DNA of 64,000 bases from Candidatus Eiseniibacteriota bacterium (GCA_031431875.1 JANPEF010000106.1:1-64000), one strand, 5' to 3'; shown: positions 8,995-21,327, numbered from the stretch's first letter. Numbers and translations: made by a program. Notes: a model not told the origin generated them from the letters alone.

Positions 8995-10371
8995 ATGAGC
9001 CCCAACGTCGTCGTCATCGACGACGAATTGCTGATCCGGAAGTCGCTCACCCGCGTGCTCAAGGCTCGTGGGTACAGAGTCGAGACTGCCGCCACCGGCT
9101 CTGCCGGTGTCGAACTCTGTGAGCGCATCCGGCCGCAGGTCGCCATTCTCGACATGCGCCTGCCCGACACCGATGGGCTCTCGGTCCTGCGCCGGGTGAA
9201 GGCGCTGGCGGCCGACACGCAGGTCATCGTCATCACCGCGTTCGGAGACGTCGACTCGGCGGTCGAGGCGATGAAGCTCGGCGCGGCCGACTTCGTGCGC
9301 AAGCCCTACGAATTGGACGAGATCACGCTCGCCGTCGAGAGCGCCGCCAATGCGTTCGCCCGCGAGAACGAACTCGAGGCGTTCAAGCGCACCGCACTCG
9401 ATCGCGTGCTGGCCGACGAGATCATCGGCGAGAGCCCGCCCATGCTCGAGTTGCGCGAGCTGCTGGCCAAGGTCGCCGCCTCGGAGGCCACGACCGTGCT
9501 GATCGAGGGCGAGTCGGGCACGGGCAAGGAGCTGGTCGCCCGCGCACTGCACTACCGCTCGGAGCGCGCGGACTATCCGCAGGTCGAGGTCAACTGCTCC
9601 CAGTTTCAGGAGGCGCTGCTCGATAACGAGCTGTTCGGCCACGAGAAGGGCGCCTTCACCGACGCGCGCGAGGTCAAGAAGGGCCTGGTCGAGTTGTGCG
9701 ACAAGGGCACGCTGTTCCTCGACGAGGTGGGGGACATGCCGCTGGGCACGCAGGCCATGCTGCTGCGCTTCATCGACCAGCGGCAGTTCAAGCGGGTGGG
9801 TGGCACCGAGAACATCCTCGTCGACCTGCGCCTGGTCGCGGCGACCAACAAGCGGCTGGCCGAAGAGGTCGAGCGGGGTCGCTTCAGGGAGGACTTATAT
9901 TATCGCCTGAAAGTCGTGACCATCACGCTCCCGTCCCTGCGGGAGCGGGGGGAAGACGTGCTGCTTCTGGCCCGGCATTTTCTCCGAGAATTCAGCCGAA
10001 GGTTCAAGAAGGACTTCGCCACCATCGCGCCCCAGGCGGCCGAGGCGCTGGGCCGCTACGCCTGGCCGGGCAATGTGCGCCAGCTCAAGAACCTGATCGA
10101 GCGCATCGTGCTGCTCGAGGACGGAACGTGCCTCGACGCGGCGCATCTGCCGCCCGAAATCCTCGATGCAGCGAGCGGTGCGGCGGCCGCCGGCGTGGCC
10201 TCGTCGATGTCGCTGGCGCAGATCGAGGAGCGCCACATCCGCCAGATCATGCGCATGACCGACGGCAACAAGTCGCGCGCTGCGCGCATCCTCGGCATCT
10301 CGCGCCCGACGCTGATCGAGAGGTTGAAGCGCATGGGCACCAATCTCGAAGACGCACGCGACCGCGCCTGA
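8995..10371 (+). CDS. Sigma54-dependent response regulator (NtrC/AtoC family bEBP)
   Basis: Receiver domain (IDDE, LDMRLP, KP), GESGTGKE, GAFTDA, LFLDEVG, WPGNVRQL, Fis HTH GNKSRAARILGISR. Confidence 0.95.
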   Translation: MSPNVVVIDDELLIRKSLTRVLKARGYRVETAATGSAGVELCERIRPQVAILDMRLPDTDGLSVLRRVKALAADTQVIVITAFGDVDSAVEAMKLGAADFVRKPYELDEITLAVESAANAFARENELEAFKRTALDRVLADEIIGESPPMLELRELLAKVAASEATTVLIEGESGTGKELVARALHYRSERADYPQVEVNCSQFQEALLDNELFGHEKGAFTDAREVKKGLVELCDKGTLFLDEVGDMPLGTQAMLLRFIDQRQFKRVGGTENILVDLRLVAATNKRLAEEVERGRFREDLYYRLKVVTITLPSLRERGEDVLLLARHFLREFSRRFKKDFATIAPQAAEALGRYAWPGNVRQLKNLIERIVLLEDGTCLDAAHLPPEILDAASGAAAAGVASSMSLAQIEERHIRQIMRMTDGNKSRAARILGISRPTLIERLKRMGTNLEDARDRA

Positions 10372-10404
10372 GCGTTTCCGCGGAGCGGGAAACCCGGTCA
10401 CACA

Positions 10405-10508
10405 TGTCAAACTTCGCGACATGTAAGAAAATCGAACAAACGCCGTAAGTCGTTGATATAAAAATGGTTCGAGTTTTCACGCCGGGCAGACTGTCAAGAA
10501 ACACGACA
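10405..10508. promoter_or_regulatory. Three TGT-N11-ACA upstream activator sites plus an IHF site
   Basis: TGTCAAACTTCGCGACA (10405-21), TGTAAGAAAATCGAACA (10422-38), TGTCAAGAAACACGACA (10492-508). Minus-strand TATCAACGACTTA (10446-58) matches IHF consensus WATCAANNNNTTR exactly. Confidence 0.7.
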
Positions 10509-10650
10509 CTTTTGAAGCCGCTAAGTCCTTGTCCCGCAACAATCGCCCTCCGAGCACCCCGAGCCCCGCGATTTTGTTTCTACTTAAACGATGGCTCTGC
10601 AATCGTTTAGGCTAGCTAGACCCTCCGCTTCGCGGAGCATATCGTGCGAT

Positions 10651-10666
10651 TGGCACGACCGGTGCT
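10651..10666 (+). promoter_or_regulatory. Sigma54 -24/-12 promoter
   Basis: TGGCAC-GACCG-GTGCT, GG-N10-GC spacing, ~35 nt before the next start codon. Confidence 0.8.
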
Positions 10667-10700
10667 CTCTCCATTCCTGTATGCAGGCCGGAGGTGGAAA

Positions 10701-11114
10701 GTGTCCAAGAGCGTGCTCCTCGTCGACGATGAAGTGCTGCTTAGCCGCACGCTCGCCAATGCGATTCGGGATGCCGGTCATCAAGTGGTGACCGCCGAGA
10801 GCGCGGAGGCTGCGACACACCACCTGTTCCCAAGTCAACGGTTCGACGTCGTCGTGCTCGACCATCGCCTGCCGGGCGAGACCGGGCTTCAGCTCCTCGA
10901 ACGCATGCGTGCCGCGGGGCAAGCGACGCCGGCGATCCTGATGACCGCCTACGAAACTGCGAGCATGCGGAGTCTCGCATTCGATCTGGCGGTGGCGGGC
11001 TTCTTCCGGAAGCCCTTCAATCTCGGCGAGTTTCTCGAGTGCATCGAGACGGTCACCGAGACGGTCGAAGCCGTGCAAGCAGCGAGAGCGGGCCAGGCGG
11101 CAAGGACGGCCTGA
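10701..11114 (+). CDS. Single-domain response regulator (receiver only)
   Basis: GGAGG SD then GTG; VLLVDDE, VVLDHRLP, ILMTA, RKPF. Confidence 0.9.
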   Translation: MSKSVLLVDDEVLLSRTLANAIRDAGHQVVTAESAEAATHHLFPSQRFDVVVLDHRLPGETGLQLLERMRAAGQATPAILMTAYETASMRSLAFDLAVAGFFRKPFNLGEFLECIETVTETVEAVQAARAGQAARTA

Positions 11115-11181
11115 AACTGTTCCCGGGTCCCCGACCCATCGCTCAGACGTCAACACATCCACGGAGGGGGTGATTCCCAAG

Positions 11182-11265
11182 ATGGCGAAGAAGGCTGCCA
11201 AGAAGAAGGCGACCAAGAAGGCTGCGAAGAAGTCGACGAAGAAGGCCGCGAAGAAGAAGAAGTAA
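11182..11265 (+). CDS. 27-aa Lys/Ala-rich histone H1/Hc-like small protein (MAKKAAKKKATKKAAKKSTKKAAKKKK)
   Basis: Missed by the ORF track. Strong SD-like GGAGGGGGTGAT; all Lys codons are AAG; followed by a terminator. Alternative in-frame GTG start at 11170. Confidence 0.75.
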   Translation: MAKKAAKKKATKKAAKKSTKKAAKKKK

Positions 11266-11296
11266 CTTCTTTCGCATCGGACCTGGCACGTCCGCA

Positions 11297-11335
11297 ACGG
11301 GGGCGATCCGCGAGGGTCGCCCCCCGTATTCTTTT
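11297..11335 (+). terminator. Rho-independent terminator
   Basis: ACGGGGGCGATCC-GCGA-GGGTCGCCCCCCGT followed by ATTCTTTT. Confidence 0.8.
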
Positions 11336-14191
11336 CCGACCGTGCTACGATTCTCGCGATGCTCCCCCGTTCCTCCTCGACCGGAGATCGCGTGCCCCGA
11401 CCTGATGGCGCAAGTGCCATGATCACCGTGCGTGGCGCGCGACAGCACAATCTGAAAAATCTGGACATCGACATCCCCCGTGAAGCCCTGACCGTCATCA
11501 CGGGCGTGTCGGGCAGCGGCAAGTCGTCGCTTGCGTTCGACACGCTCTATGCCGAAGGCCAGCGCCGTTACGTCGAGTCGGTGTCGACCTACGCGCGCCA
11601 GTTCCTCGATCGCATGCCCCGACCCGACGTCGATTCCGTGACCGGCCTGTCACCGGCCGTGGCCATCCGGCAGACCAACCGCGCGCGGAGCGCGCGCTCC
11701 ACGGTCGGGACTGCGACCGAGGTGCACGACTACCTCCGCCTGCTTTTCGCACGCGTCGGTGTCACCGTCTGTCCACGCTGCCACCGCACGATCGAGGCCG
11801 ATGCGCCGCACACGATCGTCGCCGAGGCGGCCACGTTCGCGCCCGACGCGGAGATCCGCGTCTTCGCCCCGGTCGCGCTGCCGCCGCGCCTGCCGTGGCT
11901 AGAGGTCGCGGCCGGACTGGTCGCCAATGGATACCTGCGCGTCGCGCTGCCGGCCGATCCCGACACGATTCACCAACTCGATGCGCTCGCGAGAATCCCG
12001 CGCGGCACGAAGTCCGTGCTCGTATTGATCGACCGGTTTCGATGGCGCGCCGGGCTCGAAGCCCGGCTGTCCGAGGCCGCCCAGGCTGCGTTCCACCGCG
12101 GCGAGGGCCGGCTCCTGCTCGGGGTCGGCGCGGGCACGCCGCTGCGCGCGCGCAGCGAGCGGCGCGAGTGCGCGGAGGACGGGCTCGCGTTTCCCGAGCC
12201 GCAACCGCACCTGTTCTCGTTCAACTCGCCGCTGGGCGTGTGCCCGGCGTGCAAGGGCTTCGGCGACGTGCTCACCTTCGCGCTCGACCTGGTCGTGCCG
12301 GATCCGCGGCGCACGCTGCGCGAGGGCGCCATCGATCCATGGGCCGGTTCGTGGCGCGCGCACTTCGCGGACAAGCTCGAGGATCTCGCGAAGCGGCATG
12401 GCGTGCGGCTCGACGTGCCGTGGGGAAAGCTGTCCGAGGCCCACCGCACGCTCGTGCTCGAGGGCGGTCCAGGCTTCAAGGGAGTCATGCCGTTTCTCCG
12501 GAGACTCCAGGAGAAGTCCTATAAAGCCGGGAATCGCTTCGTGGTGAAGCGTTATCAGCGCGCCGAGCGCTGCGGCGCGTGCGCGGGCGTGCGCCTGCGC
12601 CCCGAGGCGCTCGCCGTGCGGATCGAGGGCCGGTCGATTGCCGACTGCGCGGCGCTGACCGTGCGCGAGTTGCTCGGATTCATCGAGGTGCTTCCGCTGA
12701 AAGGGGAGCGGCGCGAGATCGCCGCGACGATCCTGCGCGAACTGGTGGCGCGGTTGTCGTTCCTGGTGCGCGTCGACCTCGGTTACCTGACGCTCGATCG
12801 GCTGGCCCGCACGCTGTCGGGCGGCGAGGCGCAGCGCATCGAGCTGGCCAACGCTCTGGGCGCCGACCTGGTCGACACGTTGTACGTACTCGACGAGCCG
12901 ACGATCGGCCTCCATGCCCGGGACGGCGAGCGCCTGGCCGACGTCCTCGCCGATCTCGCGCGGCGGGGGAACACGCTGGTCGTGGTCGAGCACGAGCCGC
13001 TCCTGATCCGCCGCGCCGACTGGGTCGTCGACCTGGGTCCCGGTGCCGGAGTCCGTGGCGGGGCGATGCTGTGGTCGGGCCCGGGAGCCGACCTGGTGAA
13101 GGACGGCGGGCCCGACACCGAGACGGCGCGTCACCTGCGCGGCGAGCTGCGGATCACGCGCAAGCGCATCCCGGCGAAGCCGAACCGCTTCGTCACGATC
13201 GAAGGTGCCCGCGAGAATAATTTGAAGGACATCACGGCCCGCATCCCGGTGGGGCGGCTCACCTGCGTGACCGGCGTGTCGGGCTCGGGCAAGTCGACGC
13301 TCGTGACCGACATCCTGCACCCGGCGGCGAAAAACGCGCTCGAGTTCGCGCACGACGCGGTCGGCGCGCACGCGCGCATCACCGGTCTCGATGCGTTCGC
13401 GCGCGTCGTGCTCGTCGACCAGTCGCCGATCGGCAAGTCGCCGCGCTCCAACCCGCTGACCTACGTGAAGGGCTTCGATGCGCTGCGCGACCTGTACGCG
13501 CGCGCGCCGCTGTCCGTCGAGCGCGGCTACAAGCCCGGCACGTTCTCGTTCAATGTGGCCGGCGGGCGCTGCGACACCTGCGAGGGGGACGGCGTCGTCG
13601 AGGTCGAGATGGTGTTCCTCGCCGACCTGCTGCTGCCCTGCGAGACCTGCGATGGCGCGCGCTACAAGCGCGAGGTGCTCGACGTGCGCTGGCGCGGGCT
13701 CAACGTGCGCGAGGCACTCGATCTCACCGTCGACGAGGCCCTGGCGCACTTCGCGGGCGTGCCCGCGCTGGTCGAGAAACTCTCGGTGCTGTCGCGGGTG
13801 GGACTCGGCTACCTCGCCCTGGGGCAGGCCGCGCCGACGCTTTCGGGCGGCGAGGCGCAACGGCTCAAGATCGCGCGCGAACTGGCGATGCCGGGCGCCG
13901 GGGACGCTCTGTTCCTGCTCGACGAACCGACGGTCGGCCTGCATCTGTCCGACGTCCAGCGTTTGCTCGACGTCCTGTCGGGGCTGGTGATCGGCGGGCA
14001 CACGGTCGTGCTGGTCGAGCATCATCTCGACGTGATCGCCAATGCCGACTGGGTGGTGGACCTGGGCCCCGAGGGCGGCGAGGCGGGCGGATCGCTCGTG
14101 GGCGAAGGGCCGCCCGAGGCGATCGCGGGCCTGGCGGCGTCGTGGACGGGGCGATATCTCGCCACGGAGGCTGGCCGGCGTGCGGTCTCGC

Positions 14192-15888
<1,697 letters not shown>

Positions 15889-15892
<4 letters not shown>

Positions 15893-18800
15893 GGTTCGTT
15901 CCCCGCCTCGTCGACCTCGCGCCTCGACGCGTTCGCCTGATCCTCGCGATCCGCCGACGCGGGTTCGAAGTCGAGGCTGAAGGGCGGCGGCTCGCCGTGC
16001 CGGCGGCACAGCGCATTGATCTCCTGTTTCAACTCGATCATGCGCAGCTCGCGCCCGACCGCCATCTCGTTGAACCGGTTCAGCTCATCCACCTGCGCCT
16101 GGAGCTCGATCCGATGCGTCCGGAGAGCATCTTCGGTGTGTCTGCGCACGGTGACGTCCTCGATGGCGAGAAGGATCCGCCCCGTTGCCAGTCCCGGGTC
16201 GACGACGCGACGGGCGTTGAGCAGCAGGGTCCGCGTACCCAATGGCCCGAAGTCGCGCTCAAGCTCGAAATCCTCGATACTGCTGCTCATCGGCAGGATT
16301 GCCTCGAGCAGCTCGCGGAGGCGCGGGATGTCCCACTGGCTGGCGCCCAGTTCGAACAGAACCTTGCCCAGGGTCTCCGCGGGCGAGGTTTCGAAGTTGC
16401 GATAGAACGAGGCGTTGGCGCTCTCCACGCGAAACGTCGAATCGAGCACCAGCAGCGGTTCGCGCACGGTCGCGATCGTCTGCTCGGCGAGATCGCGGGC
16501 GGCCCCGACGGCCTGTTCGCTGCGCTTGAGCTCGTCGATGTCGACCAGCACCAGCACCGCGCCGTCCACCCGATTGTCGAGCGTGAGGTAGGGACGCACG
16601 CGCAGCGAGTGCCAGCGCCCGGCCCGGTCGCGCACCTCGCACTCCTGTTCACGCACCGAAGCGATGACCTCCGCGGCCAGGGCCCCCGGTTCGATCGGGA
16701 CTTCCCCCCCGGATGCCGAGTCCGCGACCATCGTGAGATGAAGACGCAGCTGGTTGATCGGCCGTCCGATGTCTCCTGCCAGCAGCTCGAATTGTTTCTC
16801 CGCCTGCGGGCTGAAGCGACGGATGACCAGATCGCGTCCGAGGAGCACGACGGCCAGGCGGGAGGAGGTCTGCAGGTTGATCAGGTCGTTGTTGACCAGA
16901 TTGAGCTCGAGGTTGCGATGGTTCATCTCGTCGTTGACCGTGATCAACTCCTCGTTCGCCGACTCCAGTTCCTCCTTCGAGGTTTCCAGCTCCTCGTTGA
17001 CGCTCTGCAGTTCCTCATTGGCGGACTGGATCTCCTCACTGGCCGCTTGCAGTTCCTCATGGGAAGCCTCGTGTTCTTCCTGAATCGACTGCAGGTAGTC
17101 GCGAGTCTCCGCCAGGTCGCCCTCGAGTTCGGCGATGCGTCCGGATTCCTGCCGGGGCTCGGACGGCGTGACCGCGGCCGCGGGCTCGTCCAGTGCCGGG
17201 CGAGTTCCGCGACCGCCGTCACGGGCGATTCCATCGGCTTCCCCGAAGAGGATCAGGAAACAGGGCTCACGCAGATTCCTGAGCGGAATGACTTCCAGGT
17301 TCACAGTGCGGTCCAGACCGTCCTGTCGGATGCGGACCTTGTCCCGGCGCGCCACCCGCATGTCCTTCCGGGCTTCCTGGAGGGCGGCGCGGAGGGGCAG
17401 CATCAGACCCTCCCGCGCCATCTTGAGCACATCGAAGGTCGCCTTGCCCGCGGGCGGCTCGAGGTAGGCGCCGGTGAGCCCGCGGAACTGCAGCACCTGC
17501 AAATCAGAGTTGATGAGCACCCCGGGAGGGGCGAACTTGCTGACCGTGATCCGGTCCGCCTCGCGCTGCGCATTGAACTCGTCCCGCGGTTCCGCTGATG
17601 GCTCCGCGAGTTCCGCTCGCCGCATGGGGAGCGGAGGCAACGCCGCGCGCGAAGCCTGCGTGCCCTGCTCCAGACGGCTCGTCGGGTGCGGGGCCTGGAT
17701 GGGCGCATCCTTTCGCGCATAGATCTTCCATCGCTTGTCCACCGGCACGAACAGGTCGCTGAATCCGCCAATCGATTCCGAGGCGCCGAGCAGGAGGTAG
17801 CCCCCGGGCTTGAGCGCGTAGTGGAACGTGGGCATCGCCCTCTTCTGCAGGCTCGGCTCGAGATAGATCAGCAGGTTTCTGCAACTGATCAGGTCCAGGC
17901 GCGAGAACGGCGGATCGCTGATCAGGTTTTGCCGCGAAAAGACGACCATCTCGCGCAGCATCTTGGTGACGCGGTAGCCACCATCCTCCTCGACGAAGAA
18001 GCGGCGCAGCCGCTCCGGCGAGAGATCCTGGGCCAGGTTGCGTGCGTACAGGCCATGCCGCGCCTTGTCCAGCAGCGCGCCATTCAAGTCGGTGGCGAAG
18101 ACCTGGAGTCGGCGCATTTGCGGTGCCGGCGCCTCCGCCTCCGCCTCCGCAAACGTCATGGCGATCGAGTAGGCCTCCTGCCCGGTGGAACAGCCAAGCA
18201 CCCAGACACGGATCGGATCGTCCGTCTTCTGGCGGAGCAGGCGGGGCAGGATCTCGTGCTTGAGGGCTTCGAACATTTCCGGATTGCGGAAGAAGCTGGT
18301 CACGCTGATCAGGACGTCGGAATACAGGGCGTCGAGTTCCTGCGGGTTGCCCTTGAGAAAGCGCGCATACTCGTCCAGCGTTTCAAGCTGGCTCAGGACC
18401 ACGCGCCGGTTGACGCGGCGCTGCATGGTGGCGGACTTGTAGAGGGAAAAGTCCACGCCGGAGTGGTTGCGCAGGGCGATCAGGATCTGCTTGTAGCTGG
18501 TCTCCGCCAGCGCGCCTGCTCCGACCCGGCCGCGCGTGTCGCCGCCCGGCGCGGCCTCGGCGTGCGCCTGGTCGGCTCCGATCGAGGGTGACCCGTGCCT
18601 CTCCGAGGTGAGCGGGGTCGCATCGTCCGCATGTTCCGTGTCCGCGGCCCGATCTCCCTCCGGGTGCGTCGGGAGGTCGACCGGGTGGGCGGCCACGTAG
18701 GGGTGCCTGGCGATCCGGGCCAGCTCCTGCGCAATGGCCGCAGGCGTCATGATCAGGTCGACGCAGCCCGCTGCCACGGCACTGCGCGGCATCGAGTCAT

Positions 18801-19371
18801 GCTTGGCGGAGTCGTCCTGGGCGAAGGTGATCCCGCCCTCGGCCTTGATCGCCTCCAGCCCCAGCGTCCCATCCGTCGCCGTGCCGGAGAGCACCACCCC
18901 GATGGCAGCGCCTTGCTGGTCCTCGGCCAGCGCCTCGAAGAACGAATCGATGGGCCGGTGCGGTGTGCGCGTGCGGGTGCGCCGCTCGAGTTGGAGGACT
19001 CCGTGCTTGATGCTCAGCGAAGTGTTCGGCGGGATGACGTAGACGTGGTTGGGCTCCACCCGCTCGTCCTGCACGACCTCGCTCACCGGCAGGGACGTGG
19101 CGCGCGACAGGATTTGCGTCAGCGCGCTCTCGTGTTCCGGATCCAGATGCTGCACCAGGACGAACCCCATCCCCGTGTCGAGCGGCAGGGCACGCAGCAA
19201 GAGCGTGAAGGCCTCGAGCCCGCCGGCCGATGCGCCGATGCCGACGATCGGGAACGAGCTCACCTCCGGTGCGGGCTCGACCAGCGGAGCCTCGGCCCCG
19301 GCATCGGCAATGCGCGCGGTCGGGTCCGGGTTTCCTGGGCGGGCCGCTGCAGCGTCCTTCTTGCGGCTCAT
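15889..19371 (-). CDS. CheB methylesterase-CheR methyltransferase-coiled coil-PAS fusion (CheBR)
   Basis: CheB GIGASAGG/VQH/LSGTATDG; CheR VTSFFRN, GCSTGQEAYS, LISCRNLLIY; ELQSxNEEL heptads; PAS domains. Start placed at ATG 19371. Confidence 0.93.
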
Positions 19372-19590
19372 GAGGCAGGCTCCATGTGGACTCCGATGGT
19401 CGGCGGGTGGTGAGTCGAGTCCGGTGCAGCCCCGGCTTCCGACGGACGACGGGCCGAGTCGTGGGCTCCGGATCGGGACGTCCGGGGCACGCAGTCTAAA
19501 CCAAACAAACGCCCTCTGCGCCGCGGGGTCAACCTCTTTGCGTCGGTGCGCTTGGTGCCCACGCCGCGGCGCCGAGATGCGGCGCCGAGA

Positions 19591-19619
19591 TTGACGGGCG
19601 GGGGGCGAAGGCCTAAACT
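19591..19619 (+). promoter_or_regulatory. Sigma70 promoter for the secreted-protein gene
   Basis: TTGACG-17 nt-TAAACT. Confidence 0.65.
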
Positions 19620-19671
19620 TGGTCGGCTCCCCCAGCTTGAGATCTCCCTGCCCCACCACCCGGAGTCCCCC

Positions 19672-20400
19672 ATGACCACACTGCGTTCCCGCTTCGTCGT
19701 CGCGACCGCGCTGGTTGCGCTCATTGTCCCGTCCGCGGCATTCGCCCAGGGTGGTGGCGCCTGCTGCATCCTGCCGGACAACGGGGGCGGCTCGGCCAGC
19801 CTGCCGCCCAACTGTCCCGTCGGTTACACCGGCTCGAGCAGCATCATCGATGGCCTTCCGGTGGGGAGTCCGGTCCTGATCGCCGCCCGGCTCCACTCCT
19901 TCACTACCGTCGTCGAGTCTCCGGGCGGAACCCTGGGTGGGGAGCAGTCGTCGTGGAACGCGACGCTCGACCTCAACCTCACGGGCACCGGCGTGTATCT
20001 CGGATACAACCGCTTCATCGCCGTGCCCGTCTCCGGCGTGAGCCACTCGGCGCCGCGCGTTCCCTTCGCGCCGGTGCAGTCGTTCGCCATGGACCTGTGG
20101 CAGTTGCAGGGGCAGATCACGCTCGACCCCGACTTCGACCTGCTGCGCATCACCGGCGGAGGGAACTTCGGGATGCCCAGCCCGGGGCAGACCGTGCTGA
20201 CGTCGAACGGCGGCGGCTGGGAGGTGAGCAGTTCCATCGACATCTCGCATCGCATCGATTTCGTGGGCAATCCGGTCGGCGTCTTTGCCGGCCGCTCGGG
20301 AAGCACGATGCACGTGCTGCCGCGCTTCGAGATGTGCTACCAGCGCCCGACCCCCGTGACCCCGGGTTCGTGGGGCAGCCTCAAGGCGACGTATCGGTAA
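19672..20400 (+). CDS. Secreted beta-rich hypothetical protein with C-terminal PTPV..SWGxxKxxYR motif
   Basis: GGAG SD; Sec signal peptide ending AFA|Q; four Cys; ends PTPVTPGSWGSLKATYR. Confidence 0.8.
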   Translation: MTTLRSRFVVATALVALIVPSAAFAQGGGACCILPDNGGGSASLPPNCPVGYTGSSSIIDGLPVGSPVLIAARLHSFTTVVESPGGTLGGEQSSWNATLDLNLTGTGVYLGYNRFIAVPVSGVSHSAPRVPFAPVQSFAMDLWQLQGQITLDPDFDLLRITGGGNFGMPSPGQTVLTSNGGGWEVSSSIDISHRIDFVGNPVGVFAGRSGSTMHVLPRFEMCYQRPTPVTPGSWGSLKATYR

Positions 20401-20424
20401 TACGCGGCGCTTTGCGCCGCGGAC

Positions 20425-21327
20425 CTAGGCCGGCGGCGAGGGCTCGCGCAGCTCCGCCGCCACCTGGGCCAGCCCCGCGGCATCCTCGATCTCGCGCGGG
20501 CCGAGGAAGCCGCCCTCGGTCAGCACGCCGCGCACCAGCGACAGCGGCGCTTCCTCGAACGGCACGTTGACGACGTGCGTGCGTGGGGGCGCGTCGGGCC
20601 ACACCTCGGCGGGATCGCGCCTGGGCAGCGTGAGCCGGCGGCAGCGGTCGGGCAGGAACTTCGCGCGCTGGGCGAGAATGTACGCGGTCACGTTCAGCTC
20701 GCGGGCGATCAGCAGCAGTCCATAGACTCCCGCCTTGGCGACGAACGTCCGCTCGCGGATCGCGTCGGCGCCGAGCCATAGCGCTCCGGCCTGGGGCAGC
20801 AGGAGCCCGAGTGCGCCGTCGACGGCGAGCCAGGTCGTGACGCCCGCGTTGGCGAGTTTTGTCGCGAGCCCGCGCCCCTCGTTCATCGGCCGGCTCTCCG
20901 AGCACAACACCTGCACCGGGCGACCCGCGGCGTGTGCCGCGAGGAGCGCTCGCTCGACCAGGCTCGAGCGTGTCGTGGTTGCGATCCATCCCGACGTGGG
21001 GACGAGTTCCACCGCGCGGCGAACGATCTCGTCGCCGGCGGTGACGAAGTCGGTGCGCCAGGCCGCAAGCGCGGCGACGACTCGGGCGGCGGACTCGGGC
21101 GGGGGGGCGCTCTCCTCGCGCGCCTTGCGGGCGACGAGCAGGGCGCGTGTGCCCAGGGCGACAAAGGCGGCCATTGCGGGCTGGGCGTCGGCCTCGGCGC
21201 GGGCGGCGGTGGCGAGTTGATCCAGGTCGCCGCCAGAGGCCGCGGCTAGGATTGCCAGCCGCGCAGCGGCTGCCTCAACCAGCGGAGTCTGCGGCGAGAT
21301 CGAGTCCTCGGGATCATGAGTCATCAT
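20425..21327 (-). CDS. eIF-2B alpha/beta/delta / ribose-1,5-bisphosphate isomerase-like protein
   Basis: AQPAMA, ATTTRSS, SESRPMNEG, LGADAI, KAG, NVPFEEAP, VLTEGG motifs. Confidence 0.8.
   Translation of the reverse strand: MMTHDPEDSISPQTPLVEAAAARLAILAAASGGDLDQLATAARAEADAQPAMAAFVALGTRALLVARKAREESAPPPESAARVVAALAAWRTDFVTAGDEIVRRAVELVPTSGWIATTTRSSLVERALLAAHAAGRPVQVLCSESRPMNEGRGLATKLANAGVTTWLAVDGALGLLLPQAGALWLGADAIRERTFVAKAGVYGLLLIARELNVTAYILAQRAKFLPDRCRRLTLPRRDPAEVWPDAPPRTHVVNVPFEEAPLSLVRGVLTEGGFLGPREIEDAAGLAQVAAELREPSPPA

Noticed and set aside
11284..11300. TGGCAC as a sigma54 promoter for uvrA
   Set aside because: No GC at the -12 position, and it overlaps the start of the terminator.
19372..20313. 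N-terminal 314 aa of the 1474-aa CheBR ORF
   Set aside because: It is antisense to the secreted-protein gene and crosses the divergent promoter region; ATG 19371 is the plausible start.
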